Under the pieces are notes generated by a model, which was not told the DNA's origin, searched no databases, and saw only the letters and a list, made by a program, of their open reading frames with translations. DNA of 64,000 bases, taken from Microcoleaceae cyanobacterium. Lineage in GTDB: Bacteria > Cyanobacteriota > Cyanobacteriia > Cyanobacteriales > Microcoleaceae. Shown here piece after piece: positions 23,211 through 34,446 of this stretch; the first letter of the stretch is position 1, and the number at the start of each line of letters is the position of its first letter. The stretch lies in the NCBI GenBank assembly GCA_051652765.1, contig JBOFUV010000131.1, forward strand, positions 32,001 through 96,000. The letters are read 5' to 3'. Both the position numbers and the translations under genes were made by a program.

Positions 23211-23981
23211 TTACATCTTATCCAGTTGTTGGCGTAGGTCTTCTAGTTCAGCATCCACTACAGTAGAAGCCTGGACACCACTACTTCCTGCAGGCAACTG
23301 ACCTTGAACTTGGGGTGCAGGGCCAAGCTGCATCTGAGCTTTGAGAGATGCCAGTTCATCATCAACATCGGTGCCTGCTTCTAGCTGAGCGAATTGACTC
23401 TCTAGGTCTGATCCTGCGAGTTCCCCAGCAGCTTGGGATTTGGCTTCCATTTGTAAGACTTTTTCTTCCATCCGCTCGAAAGCAGCAGCCGAGCCTGATG
23501 TATTGATACCCCCAATCATGCCCTGCAATTGCTCATTCGCTTTGGCTGCTTGAGACCGAGCCTTGAGCATGTTTTTCTTCGTTTTTGCCTCAGAAATCTT
23601 ACTCTCTAGAGTAATTAGATTGCGTCTGAGGCCGTCAACCTGGGAGGTTTGTTGATCGAGGGTGCCTTTAATCGCATTTGCTTGTTCTGTGAAGCTTTTC
23701 TTCCGCTGTAAAGCTTCCCTGGCTAGGCCCTCATCCCCTTTTTGCAATGCCAGTTGCGCGCGGGTTTGCCACTGGTTGGCCTGGGATTGATACTGATTGT
23801 ATTGTTGCTGGCTGCGCTTTTCGGTTGCGATCGCCTGGGCAACAGCCTGACGAAGCTGCACCATATCCTCTTGCATATCAATCACAGCCTGCTCCAGGAT
23901 TTTCTCTGGATCTTCAGCCTTACTAACCAGATCATTCAAGTTTGATCTAACAACTCGGTTAATGCGATCAAATAGTCCCAT
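23211..23981 (-). CDS. vipp1: Vipp1/IM30 (PspA family with C-terminal extension)
   Basis: MGLFDRI...AEDPEKILEQ, AFERMEEKV; extra C-terminal helix DAELEDLRQQLDKM. Confidence 0.9.
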   Translation of the reverse strand: MGLFDRINRVVRSNLNDLVSKAEDPEKILEQAVIDMQEDMVQLRQAVAQAIATEKRSQQQYNQYQSQANQWQTRAQLALQKGDEGLAREALQRKKSFTEQANAIKGTLDQQTSQVDGLRRNLITLESKISEAKTKKNMLKARSQAAKANEQLQGMIGGINTSGSAAAFERMEEKVLQMEAKSQAAGELAGSDLESQFAQLEAGTDVDDELASLKAQMQLGPAPQVQGQLPAGSSGVQASTVVDAELEDLRQQLDKM

Positions 23982-24157
23982 GACGCTGTTCTTCCTTAAA
24001 ACAAATAGTAGTTAGGGTTCATCGTCCTTCAGAAGCATTTCGCCTCAAGTAGCCTAATCAGTTATTCAGATTGCCCTATGGAAATGCTACCAGTCCTACG
24101 TCCAGTTTAGCGCTAGAACTGAAAATCCTAACTCCCATTCCTAGGGTTAACGTCCCA

Positions 24158-24847
24158 CTAGGGATGCTCAATTTCGGTATCTTGGCCTCTGAGCAAAAGT
24201 CGGGCCTTCATAGCTGCAAGTTCAGCATCAACATCTCCCCCCGCTTCTAATGCCGCAAATTGCCGCTCGATTTCAGTCGAGGTCAAGCTAGCACTGGCCT
24301 CCGAGCGGGCTTCTAGTTGAATCACCTGATCCTCCATCCGCTCAAACGCTGTCCAGACACCATTGGTGGACATATTACCCAGAGCCTGATTGAGTTTTTC
24401 AGCCGCCTTAGCCGAGCGAGCACGGGCAGTGTAGAGGTCTTTTTTGGCTTTCATCTCGCTAATTTTGACTTCTAGCTGTCGCATGTTGCGCCGGAGTCCA
24501 TCAACGATTTGAGTTTGTTGCTCCAACTGTAGCCTTGTTGCCGTAGAGGTTTCAAGGTAAGACTTCCTTCGGGTCAGGGCATCCCGCGCCAACCCTTCCT
24601 GCCCTTTTTGCAGGGCCAGTTGAGCCCGACGATACCATTCTTCCTGGGTATCCCTAGCTTGAACATACTGGCGCTCCGTTCGTTTTTGGGTGGCGATCGC
24701 TTGAGCAACGGCTTGCCGGAGTTGTAGCAAGTCTTCTTGCATATCCATGAGCACTTGCTCCAGAATTTTCTCTGGATCTTCAGCTTGGCTCACCAAACTA
24801 TTCAGGTTGGCCCGAATCACTTGCCAGAGACGACTTAGAACTCCCAT
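24158..24847 (-). CDS. pspA: PspA/IM30 family paralog
   Basis: AEDPEKILEQ and AFERMEDQV; lacks the Vipp1 tail; tandem with vipp1. Confidence 0.85.
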   Translation of the reverse strand: MGVLSRLWQVIRANLNSLVSQAEDPEKILEQVLMDMQEDLLQLRQAVAQAIATQKRTERQYVQARDTQEEWYRRAQLALQKGQEGLARDALTRRKSYLETSTATRLQLEQQTQIVDGLRRNMRQLEVKISEMKAKKDLYTARARSAKAAEKLNQALGNMSTNGVWTAFERMEDQVIQLEARSEASASLTSTEIERQFAALEAGGDVDAELAAMKARLLLRGQDTEIEHP

Positions 24848-24949
24848 GACTCAACGTAGTTTTCCATCAGGTTAATCAACCATTCGACAGACGTATGCTT
24901 CGCACTTAGCTCTTAGCTTAACTTTTATCTTCTAACTTGGCTTTTTAAT

Positions 24950-26272
24950 TTACTCCCCTGCAGTCGGAATATCAAACTGAGGAGAAAGACCTCGATCACT
25001 TAACTCCTTCGCAAGCTGTTGAGCCGCAGTTTGGGTATCCAATGCCCCCAGTTGAATCTGGGTACCCGCTTTGAATTCCCGGACGTAGGCATCAGGCACA
25101 ATTACCCTGGCTTTCTCCAGAGAACTCACATCACTGTAGGGTACGACTACGTAATACAAACCATCCACGGCCCGAGTCGGCTCAGTCTGGGGCTGATTGG
25201 CTGATTGATTAGCTTGATTAGCTGGAGGAGTTGCGCCTGCTGCGGGCTGAGGAGATGGCGTTGCGGCAGCTTGCGTTGCCGGGGCCTGAGGCTCTGGCAA
25301 CAGTTCCTTGCTGAGATTGTTCAAGCTAGGGCCTGTGGGCTGGAGGGTTGGGGGGGCTAAATTTTGGGGTGGGTTAAGGGGGTTGGCTGGAGACACCACT
25401 GGGGCTGGAATTGGACTAGGGCTAGGATTGACGTTGCTGAGAGTATTGAGGTCAAGGTCAACAAACTCCTGGGCTGCAAGGTTCGGCGACTGCGCTGAAC
25501 TGCCTGGTGAGGATGAGACTGGCGCTGCGGTATTGCCTGAAGAGGGTTGAGGAAGGGTCTCTGGATCGCCCGCCTTGAAAAAGCGGTTCAATCCCAAGGT
25601 TGCTCTGCCGTTGGGGGACATCACAACATAACCCAGGGTCATACAGGAGCCCAAAAGCAACAACATGGAGACAATTCCCAAAGGGCTAAGCAAACTAGCA
25701 ATTGAGCTGCGCTGACCCCGGACTCTTGCCCTAGGCTGATCAATAGTTTTCACCAAGGCTTCGGAAGATTCCAAGTAATCTTCCGGGGGCGTGAGATATT
25801 GCTCCGAACCTGATGATGTAGAACTAGCTCTTGAAGAATTTGTTCTTAAAGAATTGGCCCTTGCAGAACTTGTTCCTAAGCTGTGAAAGCCCTGGGTTGA
25901 GCCGCTTTGGACTTGAGTCCGGGGAACTAAAGGGGCAGCCTCCGTATTCATCACAACTGATTCCCAACCTGCTGGGGAAGTTGCAGTGCCTAACGTCTGA
26001 CCAACCCGGTTAGAATCTGCACTTGTAGAACCTGCACTGGGTTCTAGGCGACTATCGTCTGAAGTTACAGCCAAGACTTGAGACGGTTTGTGGGCGTGCT
26101 GGGTATTGGCGGGATCAAGCGAAATTTGTTTGATGCGCTTGCGCTGACGACGATATCGAGTGAGTTCTTCTTCCAATTGAACATCTAGACAACCAAGGAC
26201 TGATTGAAGCTGAGGCGATATCTCCGACTGAGAAGAAGCGGTTGAGAATGAAGAACTGATCGGCTGAATCAT
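24950..26272 (-). CDS. Membrane-anchored hypothetical protein with a C-terminal SPOR-like domain
   Basis: LDVQLEEELTRYRR N-terminal motif, one TM helix, Pro-rich linker, YYVVVPY...VPDAYVR...IQLGA. Confidence 0.7.
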   Translation of the reverse strand: MIQPISSSFSTASSQSEISPQLQSVLGCLDVQLEEELTRYRRQRKRIKQISLDPANTQHAHKPSQVLAVTSDDSRLEPSAGSTSADSNRVGQTLGTATSPAGWESVVMNTEAAPLVPRTQVQSGSTQGFHSLGTSSARANSLRTNSSRASSTSSGSEQYLTPPEDYLESSEALVKTIDQPRARVRGQRSSIASLLSPLGIVSMLLLLGSCMTLGYVVMSPNGRATLGLNRFFKAGDPETLPQPSSGNTAAPVSSSPGSSAQSPNLAAQEFVDLDLNTLSNVNPSPSPIPAPVVSPANPLNPPQNLAPPTLQPTGPSLNNLSKELLPEPQAPATQAAATPSPQPAAGATPPANQANQSANQPQTEPTRAVDGLYYVVVPYSDVSSLEKARVIVPDAYVREFKAGTQIQLGALDTQTAAQQLAKELSDRGLSPQFDIPTAGE

Positions 26273-26787
26273 GACGAAATCCTCGCAAAATCTGATGAAG
26301 TCTATGGGGCTACATCCTAGAGAGCGTCTTAAAACTTTCACCTAGACCCTAGCCTAGCATTATTGCTCAACGACCTCTCCGTTCCTTGAATAATATCAAG
26401 TTTTCTGAAGTTTCGATGAGAACCAGTGGCCTCAAGCCTTGTTGGAAAAAATGACTGCTTCTTTAAGGGTTATTAAAGATCGATCAGATTTAATCCACTT
26501 AAAATGTGTTTTTGATCACAAACTCTAATCCAATTTTCACTTGATCCCCAGTCACTTTTCTGCTGTTATTCCCCTCAGTAGACAGGTTTTACAGATCTTA
26601 ATATTCCTGCCTTTGAATGTATCTGTGTTTAAAGCAAATCTAAAGTAAACCTAAAAATCAGATGTATCCCAACCTGGCTCTAACTGGTATGGGATCACGA
26701 CTAACAGGCATTTAAACCAGATTTTCAGTAGATCAGAATAAAAGATATGAATCAGCAGGCCGAAAATGATTTTATGAAAATAATTTT

Positions 26788-27054
26788 ATGAAAATAACCG
26801 ATCGCCAAACTTCTTGCTGTCGCTATTGCCAACACTACACTCCCGAAGGACGGCGAGGTGGTCAATGTAGTCAACTCAACGTTCCGGTTCATGGCGAGTG
26901 GGGCGCATGTTCCCTTGCGGTGCAAGCTTTTGCTCCAGTCTGGGAACACCCGATGGAAGCGTTAGCGATATCTAGTCAGGTTGCTCCAACTCACACAGAA
27001 ATATTGACCTCAAGCCCCGTGCCCTCAACCTCACCGACTCCTGTTTTGGTTTAA
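26788..27054 (+). CDS. Small Cys-containing conserved cyanobacterial protein
   Basis: CCRYCQHYTPEGRRGGQC...W.AC..A...F.P.W pattern. Confidence 0.7.
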   Translation: MKITDRQTSCCRYCQHYTPEGRRGGQCSQLNVPVHGEWGACSLAVQAFAPVWEHPMEALAISSQVAPTHTEILTSSPVPSTSPTPVLV

Positions 27055-27067
27055 GATCGTAGCTTGT

Positions 27068-27901
27068 TTAAGGCAGCCAGGGATACTGACGGAAATTTGG
27101 CTGCCGCTTCTCTAGGAACGCTTGTTTTCCTTCATTCCCCTCGTCGCTCATGTAGTAGAGTAGGGTGGCATTTCCAGCCAATTCCTGTAACCCAGCTTGA
27201 CCATCGCAGTCTGCATTAAAAGCGGCCTTGAGACACCGAATGGCAATCGGACTTTTCTCCAGAATTTCGTTGGCCCATTGAATTCCTTCGGCCTCCAACT
27301 GCTCTACTGGCACAACACAGTTGATCAGGCCCATGTCTAGGGCTTGTTGAGCATCGTATTGGCGACAGAGAAACCAAATCTCGCGGGCTTTTTTCTGGCC
27401 AACACTGCGAGCCAGGTAGCTTGCCCCAAATCCACCGTCAAAACTACCTACCTTTGGGCCAGTCTGACCAAAAATAGCATTGTCAGCCGCAATGGTTAAA
27501 TCACAGATCAAATGCAAGACATGGCCTCCACCAATGGCATAGCCCGCAACTAGGGCGATCGCAACTTTGGGCATGGAACGGATCAGTCGTTGGAGATCGA
27601 GGACATTCAGCCGGGGGATACCTGTTTCATCGACATAGCCTGCTTCCCCCCGCACACTCTGATCTCCCCCTGAACAAAACGCATACTTCCCGTCAGTATG
27701 GGGGCCAGCACCGGTGAATAAAACCACCCCGATCTTGAGATCTTCCCGGACATCGACGAAGGCATCGTACAGTTCGACCACCGTTTTGGGTCGGAAGGCA
27801 TTGCGTTTGTGAGGACGGTTGATTGTGATTTTAGCGATTCCATCCGCTTTCTGATAGAGGATATCCTCGTAGATTTTGACCGTTTGCCAATCAACAGACA
27901 T
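27068..27901 (-). CDS. menB: 1,4-dihydroxy-2-naphthoyl-CoA synthase
   Basis: [17 protein letters not shown] and [12 protein letters not shown] motifs; start trimmed to ATG at 27901. Confidence 0.97.
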   Translation of the reverse strand: MSVDWQTVKIYEDILYQKADGIAKITINRPHKRNAFRPKTVVELYDAFVDVREDLKIGVVLFTGAGPHTDGKYAFCSGGDQSVRGEAGYVDETGIPRLNVLDLQRLIRSMPKVAIALVAGYAIGGGHVLHLICDLTIAADNAIFGQTGPKVGSFDGGFGASYLARSVGQKKAREIWFLCRQYDAQQALDMGLINCVVPVEQLEAEGIQWANEILEKSPIAIRCLKAAFNADCDGQAGLQELAGNATLLYYMSDEGNEGKQAFLEKRQPNFRQYPWLP

Positions 27902-28004
27902 TGCTCTCTCTGAAGTCCTTTTCTGAAATCCTTTGTGAAAAGGAAGTATAGTACACCCTAAATGCGTTGGTCGAGTCAGACAGAATTTCTTCACAAGTCA
28001 TTGG

Positions 28005-28910
28005 TCACAGGCCCAGCTTCTCTAGAACAGACTTTGTGGAAACAATATGACGGTCTAACCCTAATTTTTGGGGTTCAATACCAAGGGCGAGGGCAATCAG
28101 TTGAGGCAAGTGTAAAACGGGTAAGCCCAGGGATTGACCGATGACCTGTTCAACATCAGGTTGGCGAGAATCCAAGTTGAGATGACAGAGGGGACAGGGG
28201 GTCACCAAGCAATCTGCACCTTGAGCCATGGCTTCCTGAATGTGATTTCCGGCCATCCGAAAGGAGAGTTCGGGCGCATAGCTAGAAATGGGCCAACCGC
28301 AACATTGGGTGCGCCCCCGGTAATAAATTGGGGTGGCCCCAACTGCCCGGAAGACATTTTCCATGGATTCAGGTTGGTGGGGATCGTCATAGGGCAAACT
28401 TGCCTGACCTCGAAGCAAATAGCATCCGTAGAACGCAGCACATTTTAACCCAGACAATTTACGGGTGACCCGTTGTTCAATTTCATTCAAGCCGTAGTCC
28501 CCAATTAAGGCCCAGAGCAAATGTTTTACCACCGTTGCCCCCTTGTAAGGAGAACAACTTTGTTGATTTAACAGAGTATTAATCTGCTGAACGTAGGCTG
28601 AATCAGTCTCTTGCAAGGTTTTCAGGCGTTCATCAACCCTTCCTAAAACTCCCTGGCAGGTGCTGCAATGGGTCAGCAGGGGCAAATTCAATTCCTCGGC
28701 CAAGGCAATGTTACGGGCATTGACAGTATCTTCCAGCAATTGAGAATCTTCTTTAAATGTGCCTGAGCCACAACAGGCTGCTTTTTTTAACTCAACTAGC
28801 TCAATCCCCAAGGTTCGAGTCAAAATTTGAGTTGAGTCATAAAGCTCCCGGCAAGCTCCCTGAGCCACACAACCAGGAAAGTAAGCATATTTTAGGGTTT
28901 TAGATGGCAT
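28005..28910 (-). CDS. HdrB-like CCG-domain protein (cyanobacterial succinate dehydrogenase anchor-like)
   Basis: YFPGC, ACCG, CSTC, FYGC, QCCG and CPLC motifs. Confidence 0.88.
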   Translation of the reverse strand: MPSKTLKYAYFPGCVAQGACRELYDSTQILTRTLGIELVELKKAACCGSGTFKEDSQLLEDTVNARNIALAEELNLPLLTHCSTCQGVLGRVDERLKTLQETDSAYVQQINTLLNQQSCSPYKGATVVKHLLWALIGDYGLNEIEQRVTRKLSGLKCAAFYGCYLLRGQASLPYDDPHQPESMENVFRAVGATPIYYRGRTQCCGWPISSYAPELSFRMAGNHIQEAMAQGADCLVTPCPLCHLNLDSRQPDVEQVIGQSLGLPVLHLPQLIALALGIEPQKLGLDRHIVSTKSVLEKLGL

Positions 28911-29088
28911 GGCTTTATCTTTTGGTTCTAAGTTCCATCATCGCCTGTACTGCTCGAAATTCCAAATTCAGGAGAGCCCTGGATCTTTGCTTTTTCTTAA
29001 CAAAGTGCTAAGAACTCTTGCCTGAGGAATCCCACTTTCAGCTAAGATATTATACGCGGCATTTAACTTAAGAAAGGATTCGCAGTCT

Positions 29089-29334
29089 ATGAGTGACACG
29101 TTTGACAAGGTAAAAAAGATTGTTGCAGAGCAGCTTGAGGTTGAACCCGAGCAAGTTACCCCTGAAGCAAACTTTGCAAATGACCTAGGCGCAGACTCCC
29201 TCGACACCGTAGAGTTAGTCATGGCTCTGGAAGAAGAATTTGATATTGAGATTCCCGATGAAGCTGCGGAGCAGATCCTAACCGTTCAGGCCGTTGTAGA
29301 CTACATCGATAGCAAAGTCAAAGCATCCGCTTAG
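29089..29334 (+). CDS. acpP: Acyl carrier protein
   Basis: [20 protein letters not shown] motif. Confidence 0.98.
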   Translation: MSDTFDKVKKIVAEQLEVEPEQVTPEANFANDLGADSLDTVELVMALEEEFDIEIPDEAAEQILTVQAVVDYIDSKVKASA

Positions 29335-29436
29335 AGACTTTCCCCTGAATTTGAAATCGAATCAAATTACCTTTTACCTAAACCTCTGCATTTTGCATTC
29401 GGGCGTTCATTGCTGAAAACGAAAATCATAACTGAT

Positions 29437-30681
29437 ATGAACCATAAGCGCGTTGTTGTAACAGGTCTGGGCGCAATTACTCCGATCGGTAATACCCTGG
29501 TGGAGTATTGGCAAGGATTGTTGGACGGGCAGAATGGAATAGGTGCAATCACTTTGTTTGATGCGTCTAGGCATGACTGTCGGATCGCAGGGGAGGTGAA
29601 AGGATTTGAAGCCAGCGACTACCTTCCTCGGAAGGACGCAAAGCGAATGGATCGATTTTCTCAGTTTGCAGTGGTTGCCAGTCAACAGGCGATCGCTGAT
29701 GCAAACTTTGTCATTGATGACCTGAATGCAGACCAGGTTGGTGTGATCATCGGTACAGGGATTGGGGGACTCAAAGTCCTTGAAGATCAGCACGAGGTCT
29801 ATCTTACCCGTGGCCCAGATCGATGTAGCCCCTTCATGATTCCAACCATGATTGCGAACATGGCAGCGGGGTTGACGGCAATTCATCTGGGTGCAAAGGG
29901 GCCAAACTCCTGTACTGTAACGGCCTGCGCTGCCGGATCAAATGCAGTGGGTGATGCCTTTCGACTAATTCAACGGGGCTATGCTCAAGCGATGATCTGT
30001 GGGGGGACAGAGGCAGCGGTTACACCCTTGTCCCTGGCTGGGTTTGCCGCTGCCAGAACCCTTTCAACTCGAAATGACGACCCCAGTCGAGCCTGTCGTC
30101 CCTTTGATCAGGATCGGGATGGATTTGTGATGGGAGAAGGATCGGGAATCTTAATTCTGGAAGAGATGGAGTATGCCCTGAGTCGGGGGGCGCAAATTTA
30201 TGCAGAAATTGTCGGCTATGGCATGACCTGTGATGCTTACCACATGACTTCTCCTGTACCGGGTGGGGAGGGAGCAACTCGAGCAATGGCTTTGGCGATG
30301 AAAGATGCAGGGTTGACTCCCGATCGGGTGGACTATATCAATGCCCATGGAACTAGTACTCCGCTCAATGATTCCAATGAAACCGCAGCGATCAAGCGGG
30401 CATTGGGGGAAGAGGCATATAAGGTCGCTGTCAGCTCTACCAAATCCATGACAGGCCATTTATTAGGGGGTTCTGGCGGAATTGAGGCTGTCGCAACCGT
30501 GATGGCGATCGCCAATGACAAGCTACCCCCAACGATCAACCTGGAAAATCCTGATCCTGCCTGTGATTTGGATTACGTTGCCAATCACAGTCGTGACAAG
30601 GTGGTGAATGTTGCCTTGTCCAACTCTTTTGGGTTTGGGGGTCACAACGTTACTTTAGCCTTTAAAAAGTTTTGCAAGTAG
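29437..30681 (+). CDS. fabF: Beta-ketoacyl-ACP synthase II
   Basis: [21 protein letters not shown] and [10 protein letters not shown] motifs. Confidence 0.97.
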   Translation: MNHKRVVVTGLGAITPIGNTLVEYWQGLLDGQNGIGAITLFDASRHDCRIAGEVKGFEASDYLPRKDAKRMDRFSQFAVVASQQAIADANFVIDDLNADQVGVIIGTGIGGLKVLEDQHEVYLTRGPDRCSPFMIPTMIANMAAGLTAIHLGAKGPNSCTVTACAAGSNAVGDAFRLIQRGYAQAMICGGTEAAVTPLSLAGFAAARTLSTRNDDPSRACRPFDQDRDGFVMGEGSGILILEEMEYALSRGAQIYAEIVGYGMTCDAYHMTSPVPGGEGATRAMALAMKDAGLTPDRVDYINAHGTSTPLNDSNETAAIKRALGEEAYKVAVSSTKSMTGHLLGGSGGIEAVATVMAIANDKLPPTINLENPDPACDLDYVANHSRDKVVNVALSNSFGFGGHNVTLAFKKFCK

Positions 30682-30767
30682 ATTTTGTAAGTCAGTTTTG
30701 CTTGTCAGCTTTGCAAGTCATAAACTTTTGCCAGTCAACTCGGGGTCAAACTTAGGGCTTGGTTGTT

Positions 30768-30809
30768 AATCAGTCAGGATGTTTCTACTAGAAGGCATTC
30801 TGACTGATT
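30768..30809 (+). terminator. Long hairpin downstream of fabF
   Basis: AATCAGTCAGGATG...CATTCTGACTGATT inverted repeat. Confidence 0.6.
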
Positions 30810-31031
30810 CACAGTTGACATGAGTTGCTAAAGTAAAGTCAGGATTTAGACAGTTAAGTGGTTTGCTCCCCCGGCTTCCAAACGTTGGCTAAGGTTGGCT
30901 AAGGTCTGATACAAAAGTTGAGCCGAGCCTTCCTAACCCCCTTTGGGAAGGGGATCAAACAGCACTTTGTTAAAACAGTTACTAAAACAATCACTAAAAC
31001 AATCACTAAAGCACTCACTAATGATAAATCT

Positions 31032-31544
31032 ATGTTAAGTACTGCTCAACTGCTCACTTACTCTCAATGGGCTGGAATTGCCACCTTGGTTTTTGCGGTT
31101 ATTACTGGCCTTGGGTTCATTTTTAACTGGGGAATTCGCTTCCGGTTGGTCGGTGTGACTGCATTCATGGGAGTTTTAGCCGGGGGTATCTTTGGCTTGG
31201 GGTTGGGGTTATTCACACGGACAGAAATCCCTGGAGCGCTCAGCTACAGCCGTGTGTTTGACGATGGGGCGAGACAAATCGTGATTACAGTCGCACCAGA
31301 CATTACAGAATCTCAGTTGGCAGCAACCCTGCAGCAAGCGGGATCTGATTTATTCTCTCCGGGCCGAGTGGGACGTGCTAACCAATCCCTGTCAATTCGC
31401 GCCCGAACCTTAATTCATCCTCAACCGGGTATTTCTGAGCCCTTGTATTTGGGGGAGATCAAACGTTCCCTCTCCCAGCGCGAAGATAACAATTTTGAGA
31501 TCAATCTCTTTCCTGAGGCGATCGCCAAGCTCCACAAGACGTGA
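31032..31544 (+). CDS. Ycf51 family protein (DUF2518)
   Basis: WGIRFRLVGVTAF and FDDG...L.ATL.QA...L.S.GR motifs; start trimmed to ATG at 31032. Confidence 0.85.
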   Translation: MLSTAQLLTYSQWAGIATLVFAVITGLGFIFNWGIRFRLVGVTAFMGVLAGGIFGLGLGLFTRTEIPGALSYSRVFDDGARQIVITVAPDITESQLAATLQQAGSDLFSPGRVGRANQSLSIRARTLIHPQPGISEPLYLGEIKRSLSQREDNNFEINLFPEAIAKLHKT

Positions 31545-31588
31545 AAGTCCTAGACGAAGTTCCAACAAAGTGCAGGAGAGTTTGAGCA

Positions 31589-33286
31589 TTGAGCGATCGC
31601 GAACCGTTGCAGTCCTCTAAACTTGAAGCATCAGGTCAACCCCCTGAATTGTTAGAATTCATCCCTGCGATCGCCCAGATGGTGATCGCGATCGGTGCTA
31701 TTCCCAAAGAGATTGTCAGACGCTACCAACAAATCAATCCTCACTGTCAATTTGTCACCCTAGAATCAGGGGATTTAATGGCGGCGGGACTGGCAGTAGG
31801 ATCAATTGATTGCCTGCTGTTTGATGGTACCTTAGCCCATTTTCATCATTTTTCAGCAGTCCTCTCTCATCAACTGGATTTTTTGCGAGATGGCGGGCAA
31901 GTTTTAACCCTGATTCCCAATGCTCAATACTGGGTAAATATTGTAAATCTGTTGCGAGGGAAAGTCGAACCCTTGGAAGTTGCAAGGTCTAGCTTCAATC
32001 CCACCAGTTTGACCCTAGATCAAATTCAACATCTGTTCCAAGCAGTCGAACTGCAAATTTATGAAATTCAAACTCGCGGCCAAAAAGATGAACAATTTCA
32101 ACAGTTTCAACATCTTCTCCAGCCGATGGTTCAGGCTCTAGGGATTGAGCCTAATCGTTTTGCGACCCAAACTGCGGCCCAACGCTATGTTGTGCGGGCG
32201 ATCAAATCTCCCCAACGTCCTCGCAGGCTGTTAATTCAAACCCTGATGATGGCTCCCACTGCCTGCGATCGCGTGCGAGTCTTGGAACCGGATCAACTCA
32301 GTCGAACCCTGCCTGGAGTTCGGGCGGTGGCCGCTGCAAAAACATGGCCTAACGTCACCCCGGTACCGGGGGAGGAAAAAGTGTTGATCTGGCAGCGCAC
32401 GATCATGTCCTATTCAGACCATCTGCCTCGCTTAAAACAGTTGTTGCAGCAAGACTACTTGATCATTGCCGAAATTGACGATAATCCCTTGAGGCGCAAA
32501 GAATATGCTGACCATCACTATCTGAGTTATCGGGGCTGTCATGCCGTTCAAACCTCCACAGAACCCTTAGCAACTTTCCTGCGCCAACTGAATCCCTACG
32601 TTGGCGTTTTTCCAAATCAGTTGGCGTTCCTGCCTTCTCCCCGAACGGCGGAAAACTGGGACAATACCCATCAAGACAATACCCATCAAGACGACCCTCC
32701 CAAAAAAGTCACCTTATTTTTTGGGGCCCTGAATCGGGAACAGGATTGGCAGCCGATCATGGAGGCTCTCAATCGAGTTCTTGTAGCCCATCAAAATCAG
32801 GTTTGGGTAAAAGTCATCCACGATCGCCAATTTTTTGACTGTTTAGCAACTTCCCAAAAAGACTTTGAACCTTTTTGCGGCTATGATCGCTATCAGGAAA
32901 TCTTACATACCTGTCATATTGGGTTGTTGCCCCTAGCTCCAACGGCAGTAAATCTGATGAAATCCGACTTGAAGTTTGTAGAATGTGCAGGGCATGGAGT
33001 TGCCGTTTTAGCGAGTCCAACTGTTTATGAACGCTCAATTATCGATGGAGAAACTGGGGTGATTTATTGCACCGTGAAACAATTTGAATCCCAGCTTCAA
33101 GAGCTGATTACCAATCATACACTCCGACAACAAATTGCAACGAAGGCTTACTATTGGGTACGGGATCACCGTTTATTGTCCCAACACTTTCATCACCGTC
33201 GGGACTGGTATTATCAACTCCGAGATCAATTGCCTCAATTGAACCGATCTCTGCGCGATCGCGTGCCCGAATTATTTACAGATTGA
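31589..33286 (+). CDS. Degenerate methyltransferase-like domain fused to a GT-B (GT4-like) glycosyltransferase
   Basis: N-terminal DCLLFDGTLAH...IPN; C-terminal KSDLKFVE...IIDGETG. Confidence 0.75.
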   Translation: MSDREPLQSSKLEASGQPPELLEFIPAIAQMVIAIGAIPKEIVRRYQQINPHCQFVTLESGDLMAAGLAVGSIDCLLFDGTLAHFHHFSAVLSHQLDFLRDGGQVLTLIPNAQYWVNIVNLLRGKVEPLEVARSSFNPTSLTLDQIQHLFQAVELQIYEIQTRGQKDEQFQQFQHLLQPMVQALGIEPNRFATQTAAQRYVVRAIKSPQRPRRLLIQTLMMAPTACDRVRVLEPDQLSRTLPGVRAVAAAKTWPNVTPVPGEEKVLIWQRTIMSYSDHLPRLKQLLQQDYLIIAEIDDNPLRRKEYADHHYLSYRGCHAVQTSTEPLATFLRQLNPYVGVFPNQLAFLPSPRTAENWDNTHQDNTHQDDPPKKVTLFFGALNREQDWQPIMEALNRVLVAHQNQVWVKVIHDRQFFDCLATSQKDFEPFCGYDRYQEILHTCHIGLLPLAPTAVNLMKSDLKFVECAGHGVAVLASPTVYERSIIDGETGVIYCTVKQFESQLQELITNHTLRQQIATKAYYWVRDHRLLSQHFHHRRDWYYQLRDQLPQLNRSLRDRVPELFTD

Positions 33287-33299
33287 TTTTTAGGTTCTA

Positions 33300-33372
33300 G
33301 GTTTTAAGTCTTGATTCTTGATTCTTAATTCTTAATTTTCAACTCTTAACTCTTAATCTTTAATTTCAACTA
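33300..33372. repeat. Degenerate heptamer tandem repeat (STRR-like)
   Basis: tcttgat tcttgat tcttaat tcttaat tttcaac tcttaac... Confidence 0.6.
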
Positions 33373-33377
33373 TAAAA

Positions 33378-34277
33378 ATGAAAATTTTAATTGTCTTACC
33401 CCATTTTTATAATGCTCAATCTGAAAGTAAACATGCCTCTCAAGGGAAAGATCCCAGACCTCGAATCATGGCGTTGAGTATGGCTCTAACCAGCTTGCAA
33501 GGACTTTATAGTCAATCTCAATGCATGATCAATATCGGAAAATGTATCACAATTCCGGTCAATCAAGCTCCGGAAAATCAGCTAGATATTATAATTTGTA
33601 CAACTGGAAATTGTCATTTACTCTCTCAGCTTCCGCTCCCGACAACCCTCTATAAACATCACACAACAGATTCAGAACCGATGATGTTAGGATTTGAATG
33701 TCAGGCTGTATTGCGAGATCACTTGGGAAAATATGATTATTATTGCTATTTAGAAGATGATCTGATTTTGCACGATCCCTGGCTGTTTATTAAACTTGAC
33801 TGGTTTAATTCCCATGCCGGAGCGCACTGCTTGCTGCAACCCAATCGTTACGAAGTATCTCCCCATGGAGAAGTGATTAAAGCCTATATTGATGGCGATT
33901 TATACCCTCACCTCACAGCCAATTTTCAGAACGTCCAAGATCAGCCTCAATTTATTGGCAAAGTCATGGAGCAACCTGTTAAGTTTCAGCGCCCATTAAA
34001 CCCCCATTCGGGTTGTTACTTTCTAACGGCTGAGCAAGTGGAAGCTTGGGCAAGGCAGCCCTATTTTTTAGATCGAGATTGCAGTTTTATTGGCCCCCTA
34101 GAAAGTGCTGCAACCCTGGGAATTATGAAAACATTTAAAATTTACAAACCCATTGCCAAGTCTGCAAATTTCTTGGAGATTCAACATTTTGGCTCTAACT
34201 TTCTCAGCTTGGTGGGTAAGCAAGTCAAGGTAGCCCATGTGTCTAGTGCTAGCTCAAGTCAAGATTCAGTTCTATAA
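33378..34277 (+). CDS. Hypothetical protein, probable GT-A-like glycosyltransferase
   Basis: YDYYCYLEDDL (DxD-like) motif; follows the glycosyltransferase gene on the same strand. Confidence 0.65.
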   Translation: MKILIVLPHFYNAQSESKHASQGKDPRPRIMALSMALTSLQGLYSQSQCMINIGKCITIPVNQAPENQLDIIICTTGNCHLLSQLPLPTTLYKHHTTDSEPMMLGFECQAVLRDHLGKYDYYCYLEDDLILHDPWLFIKLDWFNSHAGAHCLLQPNRYEVSPHGEVIKAYIDGDLYPHLTANFQNVQDQPQFIGKVMEQPVKFQRPLNPHSGCYFLTAEQVEAWARQPYFLDRDCSFIGPLESAATLGIMKTFKIYKPIAKSANFLEIQHFGSNFLSLVGKQVKVAHVSSASSSQDSVL

Positions 34278-34446
34278 TTTATTTTTGTGTCATGACTGCA
34301 AGATAGCCTGAACTCTTGTCAGGATATTGGCTTCAATGTCTCTGCAACGGGGTATGGTTAAGACAGGTTTTGTATAAAATATTCATAGGGAAGCCTGTTG
34401 CAAAATTCTGACTGGTAGACCTCAGTTTTAGGGAGAAGCTTCAACC

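Noticed and set aside
23211..24847. Tandem vipp1/pspA as a novelty
   Set aside because: This is a well-known cyanobacterial arrangement
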